The position numbers and the translations under genes were made by a program. A stretch of 64,000 nucleotides of DNA from Cenarchaeum sp. (GTDB lineage: Archaea > Thermoproteota > Nitrososphaeria > Nitrososphaerales > Nitrosopumilaceae): assembly GCA_965212015.1 (NCBI GenBank), contig OZ243037.1:1600001-1664000 (forward strand), read 5' to 3'. The stretch's first letter is position 1. The number at the start of each line of letters is the position of its first letter. Below are positions 57,707 to 64,000 of this stretch, one piece after another. Below the pieces are notes generated by a model, which searched no databases, was not told the origin of the DNA, and was given only the letters and a program-made list of their open reading frames with translations.

Positions 57707-58192
57707 CTATTCTGGTTTGAATTTAAAAAGGCCGCCTGCCTCTATTATCTTTGCAATTATCTCTGCGAACGGCCTTATGGGGTATGACTCGTCCTTGGTC
57801 AGGTTAACTATGGTGCCCCTTTTTATGTCGACGTCCAGCTCGTCACCGTCTGAGATTGACTCGTATGTCCGCCTGTCTACCTCGACTGGCAGCAGATACG
57901 CCCCGTCCACGGAATTCCTGTAAAAGATTCTGGCAAAGGACACGGCGATTACGGCCTTTATTCCGGAATGCGCAAGCGCAATCGGCGCGTGCTCGCGGCT
58001 CGAGCCGCACCCAAAGTTCTTTCCGGCCAGGACAAAGTCGGCCCCCTTGGCCTTTGCGTGAAAGTCGGGATCCAGCCCCTCCATTGCGTGCGATGCCAGC
58101 TCTGCATAGTCGTGAATCTTGAGGTACGTGCCGGGGATTATGACGTCCGTGTCGATATTGTCCTGCTCGTACTTTATTACCCTGCCCTTCAA
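57707..58192 (-). CDS. Aconitase-family small subunit (archaeal LeuD/HacB type)
   Basis: [28 protein letters not shown]. Confidence 0.88.
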   Translation of the reverse strand: MKGRVIKYEQDNIDTDVIIPGTYLKIHDYAELASHAMEGLDPDFHAKAKGADFVLAGKNFGCGSSREHAPIALAHSGIKAVIAVSFARIFYRNSVDGAYLLPVEVDRRTYESISDGDELDVDIKRGTIVNLTKDESYPIRPFAEIIAKIIEAGGLFKFKPE

Positions 58193-59454
58193 TCCAAATC
58201 CCTCGGATCCGTTATCCTTCCGGTGACTGCGGATGCTGCGGCCACCAGCGGGGACGCAAGGTACGTCTGCGAGTCGACGTGGCCCATCCTTCCCGGAAAG
58301 TTCCTGTTGGTGGTGCTAATGCAGATCTCGTCTTTGGCCAGCACCCCCATGTGCGCGCCGCAGCATGCGCCGCACGTGGGCGGCCCTACTGTGGCACCTG
58401 CGTCAAGGAAGATCTTTACCAGCCCGTCCTCCACTGCCTTTTTGTATATTGAAATCGCCGCAGGCAGGATCTCGGTTCTGATCTTTACGGTGCGTCCCTT
58501 GAGAATACTGGCTGCCGCCTCCAGGTCGACTGTTTTTGCGCCGGTGCACGAGCCGATGTACGCCTTGTCCAGCTCGACGGACGGCGACTCCCTGGCAGTA
58601 ACGATGTTTTGCGGCGAGAACGGCTTTGCAACGACGGGCTCCATCTCTGATGCCTCGTACTCTACGGTCTCGTCGTACTGGCCGTCGCCGTAAACCGGCT
58701 CCATTCCGGCCGCGCCGCGCTCCTCCAGATAGTCCAGCGTCTTTTGATCCGGCTCGATTATGCCGTTTTTTGCGCCCGCCTCTGTCGTCATGTTTGTAAG
58801 CGTGAGGCGCTCTTCTATTGACATTTCAGAGACGGCGCTGCCGCCAAACTGCATCGTCCTGTATGCGCCGCCGTCGGTCCCAATGTCCCCTATTATCCTT
58901 AGAATGAGATCCTTTGCCATCACGTGTCCGGGCAGCTTGCCGTTTATCTTGAAGAATACGGTCTCTGGCACCTTGAACCAGATCCGCCCGTTGAGCAGCA
59001 CGTACGCCATGTCGGTGTGTCCCAGGCCGCATGCAAACGCGCCGAGGGCACCTGTCGTGTTGGTGTGCGAGTCGCCCCCCACATACACCTGTCCGGGCAG
59101 CACCAATGCCTCCTCGTGCGAGAGGGTGTGGCAAATCCCGTACTGGCCCATCCCGTACTTGAAGTGCCTCTCAATGCCGTATTTTTTGGAGAAATCCTGC
59201 AGCATTACAATGTTTTGCGCCGATATCTTTTCGGCGGACGGAACAAAGTGATCTTCTGCAATCCATACCCTGGAGGCGTCCCATAGCCGCTCCGTGCTGA
59301 TTCCCTGCTTTTGCAGCCTGTCAAAGACCTTGATTACGCCGGGTCCCGACACGTCGTGCACCATTGCAGTGTCCACGTCGGCAAAGACCACGTCGTCTGG
59401 GGAGACCCTGCTCCTGCCCGACGCCCGGGCTAGAATCTTTTCTGTAATGTTCAT
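58189..59454 (-). CDS. Aconitase-family large subunit (archaeal LeuC/HacA type)
   Basis: GICH, DSHT, GSCTG, CGACCG, TNRNFPGRMG. Confidence 0.9.
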   Translation of the reverse strand: MNITEKILARASGRSRVSPDDVVFADVDTAMVHDVSGPGVIKVFDRLQKQGISTERLWDASRVWIAEDHFVPSAEKISAQNIVMLQDFSKKYGIERHFKYGMGQYGICHTLSHEEALVLPGQVYVGGDSHTNTTGALGAFACGLGHTDMAYVLLNGRIWFKVPETVFFKINGKLPGHVMAKDLILRIIGDIGTDGGAYRTMQFGGSAVSEMSIEERLTLTNMTTEAGAKNGIIEPDQKTLDYLEERGAAGMEPVYGDGQYDETVEYEASEMEPVVAKPFSPQNIVTARESPSVELDKAYIGSCTGAKTVDLEAAASILKGRTVKIRTEILPAAISIYKKAVEDGLVKIFLDAGATVGPPTCGACCGAHMGVLAKDEICISTTNRNFPGRMGHVDSQTYLASPLVAAASAVTGRITDPRDLD

Positions 59455-59557
59455 GACGCAAAAAACGCTTTTAGAGATTTAAAAGTTTCAAAAGAACGGC
59501 GCTTCAAACTGCGCCTCAAAGGTAACGTTTAATTCGGAATCAAAAATCCCGTACCGT

Positions 59558-60007
59558 ATGGGAAGACTTCACTCGCACAGACACGGCAAGTCCCACTCCA
59601 TAAGGCCCGTCAAGCCGGTGGCACCGTCGTGGGTGACGCAGAGTACGGCTGAAATCGAGGATTTGGTGGCAAAATACGCTAAAGACGGCCTCTCGCCGAG
59701 CCAAATCGGCATAAAGCTGCGAGACCAGCACTCCATTCCGCTAATAAAACTAGTCGCCAAAAAACCAATGTCCGTGATTCTCAGGGAAAAAAAACTAGAG
59801 CCTGAAATGCCCGAGGATCTGGGCAACATTGTAAAAAAGGCCGTGGGTCTTCAGAGGCACCTCAAGGCAAACAAGGGGGACAGGCGAAACGTCCGCTCCC
59901 TTGAGCTAATAGAGGCAAAGGTGCACAGGCTGGCAGTATACTATAAAAGAATCGGCAAGATTCCGAAAACCTGGAAGTACAAGTCCGTGGTGGCACAGCT
60001 AGAGTAA
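59558..60007 (+). CDS. rps15: 30S ribosomal protein S15 (S13e)
   Basis: MGRLHSHRHGKS, PSQIGIKLRD, EAKVHRL. Confidence 0.96.
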   Translation: MGRLHSHRHGKSHSIRPVKPVAPSWVTQSTAEIEDLVAKYAKDGLSPSQIGIKLRDQHSIPLIKLVAKKPMSVILREKKLEPEMPEDLGNIVKKAVGLQRHLKANKGDRRNVRSLELIEAKVHRLAVYYKRIGKIPKTWKYKSVVAQLE

Positions 60008-61425
60008 TGCCGCAAAACCTTGGCGAGTCCCTGTCGTATTTTGCAGACCGCATATCAGAGTGCGTAAAGTCAAAAAAATCCATATCCGTGGCCACGCACA
60101 TCGACTGCGACGGCCTGACTTCGGGCGGCATAATTACAAAGGCACTCATCAGGGCCGGAGCAAACTGTACGGTCTCGACTTACAAAGAGTTCAATCCCGC
60201 AGTCATAAAAAGTCTTGGGGATGATTCCAGGGACTTTCACGTGATTACGGATCTGGGCGCCGGATTTTCCGGCGAGCTTGACGCGCAGCTGGGTGACGAC
60301 TGGATTGTGCTTGACCACCACCAGACGGCAGACGGCGACGAGGAGAGCCAAAAAATGATCAACGCGTGGAAGTTTGGCATCGACGGGGGCACGGAGGTGT
60401 GCGCCGGCGGCATGGCGTACCTTGCGGCAACAGCACTAGACGAGAAAAACTCTGATCTGTCGGCAGTCGCAATAGTGTCGGCGCTGGGAGACCGGCAGGA
60501 TCAGGGCGAAAAAAAATCATTCACCGGCAAGAACCTAGAGATTGCACAGACTGCAAAGGGCCTAGGACTGGTGGACATTGATTTGGATCTGCTGCTAGTC
60601 GGGCGCGAGACGAGGCCGCTTCCGGACGCGCTTGCATTCACATCGCAGCCGTTCATCGAGGGCCTGACGTGGAACAGGGACGCGTGCCTGGCACTGCTGG
60701 ACTCGTCACAGGTAAAGCTAAAGGACGGCGGACGGTGGCGCGTTGCAGCCGAGCTCTCAAAGGAGGAGAAAAACATGGTAATCGAGTCGATTGCAGGATA
60801 CGTCTCTGGAAAAAACGCAACGGAAATAATGGCAGAATTAATCGGATACACGTACACGTTTCCAAGGGAGGACGAGCGGAGTTTTCTGAGGGACGGCAGG
60901 GAGTTCTCAACCATGCTCAACTCGTGCGGCAGAATCGGCAAGGCCGGAGTCGGAATCGCCGTGTGCATGGGCGACAGAAACAAGATGCTTCAGGAGGGCG
61001 AGGGAATCCTGGCAGAGTACAGGAGGATGATACGGGACCACATGAACAAGCTGTCAGCGGAGCGCTGGAGGATATCGGAGGGGACGTCCTGTGTGATGGT
61101 AAACGGCCAGGGGGTGGTTCCCGAGACCATGACTGGCACCATCTCGTCTCTGATTGCCGGATCCCCGAAAAACTCCGGCAAGATAGTGATTCTGAGGGCC
61201 GACGGCGAGCAGGGGACCGTAAAGTTCTCGTCTAGAAAGTCATTTGGCTGCAGGTACGACGTCAATCTCAGCGATTTGATGAGGGATGGCGCTGCCAAGT
61301 TTGCCGGCATAGGCGGGGGACATGCGGCAGCGGCCGGGGCCAAAATAACTAAAGACAAATTGGACGGATTCCTGGACTATCTGGAGGCAAATGTCGTTAA
61401 CATGCAAGGTCCGGATAGTTCTTGA
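60007..61425 (+). CDS. DHH family phosphoesterase (RecJ-like)
   Basis: HIDCDG, TDLG, LDHH, GGGHAAAAG. Confidence 0.92.
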   Translation: MPQNLGESLSYFADRISECVKSKKSISVATHIDCDGLTSGGIITKALIRAGANCTVSTYKEFNPAVIKSLGDDSRDFHVITDLGAGFSGELDAQLGDDWIVLDHHQTADGDEESQKMINAWKFGIDGGTEVCAGGMAYLAATALDEKNSDLSAVAIVSALGDRQDQGEKKSFTGKNLEIAQTAKGLGLVDIDLDLLLVGRETRPLPDALAFTSQPFIEGLTWNRDACLALLDSSQVKLKDGGRWRVAAELSKEEKNMVIESIAGYVSGKNATEIMAELIGYTYTFPREDERSFLRDGREFSTMLNSCGRIGKAGVGIAVCMGDRNKMLQEGEGILAEYRRMIRDHMNKLSAERWRISEGTSCVMVNGQGVVPETMTGTISSLIAGSPKNSGKIVILRADGEQGTVKFSSRKSFGCRYDVNLSDLMRDGAAKFAGIGGGHAAAAGAKITKDKLDGFLDYLEANVVNMQGPDSS

Positions 61426-61633
61426 TGACATGCCCAGAAAAAGGGCGCTTGCGGTACAAAGGGCGCTGGCGCCTGACAATGTGGACTTTCCAGAAAACCT
61501 GACGATGCGGATGGAAAATACTGATAACAAGCTGGTGCTTTACTTTGAGGCGACAGACAGCATGAAGTCGCTAATATCCACCATAGACGAGGTCCTAGAG
61601 CACGTGCAGGTCTCCGTGACGGTGACGAAATAA
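61391..61633 (+). CDS. pcc1: KEOPS complex subunit Pcc1
   Basis: ALAPDN motif, size, and rps15-DHH-pcc1-serS-rps3ae synteny. Confidence 0.75.
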   Translation: MSLTCKVRIVLDDMPRKRALAVQRALAPDNVDFPENLTMRMENTDNKLVLYFEATDSMKSLISTIDEVLEHVQVSVTVTK

Positions 61634-62892
61634 TGCTTGATCCCAGGATACTGCGCGACGAGCCGGAGAGGATCCGGCAGATGCTAAAATACAGAAATGC
61701 AGACTTTGACTTTGACGGGCTGGTAAGGGCGGACAAGGCAAGAAGGCAGTGCATGTCAGAAGCAGACGAGCAGCGCCAAAAAAGAAACAAGCTCGGCGTG
61801 CAGATATCGGAGCAAAAAAAGCTAGGCCAGGACGTGACTCTTGTCATGGCGGAAATGAAAAGAGTCTCGTCTGCCCTGGCGGGGCTAGAGTCGGCCCAGC
61901 AAAGGGCTGATGCCGCATACGCCGGGCTTGCCCGCACCGTTCCGAACATGCTTGATGCGTCAGTTCCCGTAGGTGACGAGAAATCCAACAGGGAGGTGCG
62001 GCGGTGGGGCGATGTTCCAGAGTTTGAGTTTGCGGCGCGCAACCACGTAGACCTGATGCACGAGCGGGACCTGGCAGACATTGAGAGGGCAGCCAAGGTC
62101 TCCGGTGCCAGGTTTTACTATCTCAAAGGCGACTTGGTGCGGCTCAACCAGGCACTCATAAACTATGCGCTGGACTTTCTTGCCAAAAAAGACTATTCGC
62201 TGGTGCAGCCCCCGTACATGATAAACCGCAAGTCCATGGAGGGCGCCACAATAGCAGAAGAGTTCGACGACGTCATATACAAGATACAGGACGACGACTT
62301 GTATCTTATCGGCACGTCTGAGCACGCCCTTGCCGCCATGCACCAAAACGAGATACTCGACGGCAAGGCACTTCCGGTGCGGTATGCGGGAATCAGCCCG
62401 TGCTTTAGAAGGGAGGCCGGCTCCCACGGCCGGGATCAAAAGGGGATATTCCGGGTGCACCAGTTCGACAAGATTGAACAGTTTGTATTCTCCAGGCCGG
62501 AGGACTCGCAAAAAGAGCACGAAAAAATGATCAGAGTCGCCGAAGAGTTCTACCGGGCCCTTGAAATCCCGCACAGAGTCGTGCTGCTCTCAAGCCAGGA
62601 CATGGGCAAGACATCTGCCAAGACGTACGACATTGAGGGCTGGATGGCCGGCCAGAACGCCTACAGGGAGGTCGTGTCGTGCTCGAACTGCCTTGACTTT
62701 CAGTCAAGAAGACTGGCCATCAGGTTCCGCGACAGCACCGATGCAGAGACGCAGTACGTGCACACGCTCAACGGCACGGTGGTGGCAACAACCAGAATAC
62801 TGGTGGCGATACTTGAGAACCTCCAGACTGCCAGCTCGAAAATAGGGATACCTGCCGTATTACAGGACTATATGGGCCAGGACTCGCTGTGA
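61633..62892 (+). CDS. serS: Serine--tRNA ligase
   Basis: GTSE, FRREAG, RVHQFDKIE, EVVSCSNC, HTLNGT. Confidence 0.97.
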   Translation: MLDPRILRDEPERIRQMLKYRNADFDFDGLVRADKARRQCMSEADEQRQKRNKLGVQISEQKKLGQDVTLVMAEMKRVSSALAGLESAQQRADAAYAGLARTVPNMLDASVPVGDEKSNREVRRWGDVPEFEFAARNHVDLMHERDLADIERAAKVSGARFYYLKGDLVRLNQALINYALDFLAKKDYSLVQPPYMINRKSMEGATIAEEFDDVIYKIQDDDLYLIGTSEHALAAMHQNEILDGKALPVRYAGISPCFRREAGSHGRDQKGIFRVHQFDKIEQFVFSRPEDSQKEHEKMIRVAEEFYRALEIPHRVVLLSSQDMGKTSAKTYDIEGWMAGQNAYREVVSCSNCLDFQSRRLAIRFRDSTDAETQYVHTLNGTVVATTRILVAILENLQTASSKIGIPAVLQDYMGQDSL

Positions 62893-62986
62893 GCGGGCAC
62901 GCAGCATTCCGGCACTAGGCAAACCGCACCGCATGATGATTTTTTTTTAATAATCATACTGATATGGCGCGCGCCGGACCATTGGC

Positions 62987-63208
62987 ATGGACCAAACGCC
63001 AGAAAAAAGGGCCAGCTCTGCATGGTACCTGATGCCGATATTTTTCGGGATAATTGGCGGGATTATTGCCTGGGCAGTTACCCGGGGCAATGACCCCTCA
63101 AAGGCCAAAAAATTCCTGATTGTGGGGATTATATTTCTGGTAATAGAGATTGTCCTTATTGTCGCGTACTTTGGCGCCCTGCTCTTCGCACCGCTGCTCA
63201 TAACCTGA
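62987..63208 (+). CDS. Small membrane protein
   Basis: WYLMPIFFGIIGGIIAW and a second TM helix. Confidence 0.7.
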   Translation: MDQTPEKRASSAWYLMPIFFGIIGGIIAWAVTRGNDPSKAKKFLIVGIIFLVIEIVLIVAYFGALLFAPLLIT

Positions 63209-63285
63209 CTTTTTGCGCCCCAGTCCGGCAAGCAAAGCCCGTGCCTCGCATACCCTTATATCTTGGATTTGAAGGTCGTAACTAA

Positions 63286-63897
63286 TTGGCGCGCAGAAAG
63301 ACCCGGGTAAAGGACAAGTGGCGGGAAAAAAAATGGATCACGGTTCATGCGCCGGACTCGTTTAACAACGTGCCCCTGGCGTACGTGCCGATTACCAGCG
63401 AGGAGACCTCCGGCGGCAGGGTCATCGAAGTCACCCTGTTTGACATTCTAAAGGGGGATCCGTCCCAGCACCAGTACAAGATGTATTTTCAAATAGACAA
63501 GGTGACAGGCGACAAGGCCACCAGCATCTTCAAGAGGTACGAGTATGCAAAGGAGTTTTTGCGAAGCCTTGTGAGGCGCGGATCGTCAAAGATTACATTC
63601 ATCATGGACGCGCAGACAAGTGACGGCTATATATTCCGCCTAAAGATAATCGCCCTTACCCACAGAAAGCTCAACACGTCAAGACAGCGCGCGCTGCGGC
63701 TGATCACAAAGAACGTCATAGAAAACAGCATTCCAGAGATGACAATCGATCAGTTCGTCCAGGCCACGTGCTATGGAAAGATCAATTCCGACATAATGGC
63801 CGCCGCCAAGAAACTGGTCCGCATGAGGCACGTGGGCCTTGAAAAGGTAAAGCTTGTAAAGACCGCACAGGAACAGATCGCCCTGCTAAAGGCATAA
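63286..63897 (+). CDS. rps3ae: 30S ribosomal protein S3Ae
   Basis: KDKWREKKW, GRVIEVTL, RSLVRRGSSK. Confidence 0.96.
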   Translation: MARRKTRVKDKWREKKWITVHAPDSFNNVPLAYVPITSEETSGGRVIEVTLFDILKGDPSQHQYKMYFQIDKVTGDKATSIFKRYEYAKEFLRSLVRRGSSKITFIMDAQTSDGYIFRLKIIALTHRKLNTSRQRALRLITKNVIENSIPEMTIDQFVQATCYGKINSDIMAAAKKLVRMRHVGLEKVKLVKTAQEQIALLKA

Positions 63898-63900
63898 TCC

Positions 63901-64000
63901 ATGTCCCAGGCCAAAGTCACCATAAATGCAATCATACACGCAACTGAGGACTCGAAAAAACTCTATGACTCCTTTGAGAGGGTGCTCGGCGCGGCTCCCG
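63901..64000 (+). CDS. DUF54-like RNA-binding protein (partial, runs off the window)
   Basis: MSQAKVTINAIIHATED, with the HATED motif. Confidence 0.7.
   Translation, partial: MSQAKVTINAIIHATEDSKKLYDSFERVLGAAP

Noticed and set aside
39029-62845. Many antisense and alternate-frame ORFs over core genes
   Set aside because: Shadow ORFs expected from GC-rich codon usage; no independent motifs

Overview
Chromosomal window of a relatively GC-rich ammonia-oxidiser-type archaeon (Nitrososphaerota/Thaumarchaeota, Nitrosopumilaceae-like). The assignment rests on the unsplit RpoA and RpoB, PEFG-CTERM and CFI-box-CTERM surface proteins, and a two-domain multicopper oxidase next to a ZIP permease. Most of the window is core housekeeping: radA, rpl21e-rpo4-DUF655-rsmA, glmS, rps4/rps13, rpoH-B-A-rpl30e-nusA-rps12-rps7, rpl18e-rpl13-rps9, two LeuCD/HacAB pairs, rps15-DHH-pcc1-serS-rps3ae, and larB/larC/larE with a cysteine desulfurase. 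The main accessory feature is a ~6.4 kb, largely AT-richer island (6443-12840) bounded by a 12-bp direct repeat CCCCGACTCGGG and ending just upstream of tRNA-Ser(GCT). It encodes an AbiEi/AbiEii-like type IV toxin-antitoxin pair with operator-like repeats, a 1026-aa UvrD helicase / Fe-S PD-(D/E)XK nuclease / SWIM fusion, and a decayed small-antitoxin + GNAT module with a GGCT gene fragment. It is a candidate undescribed defence locus. Other notable items: an unannotated 53-aa Elf1-like zinc ribbon, a tRNA-Gln with two introns, a long hairpin between rpoA and rpl30e, four tandem PEFG-CTERM genes with a shared 3' cassette and paired Cys, and an orphan ParB-HTH-RHH protein. All calls come from motif recognition by eye; no database searches were run.
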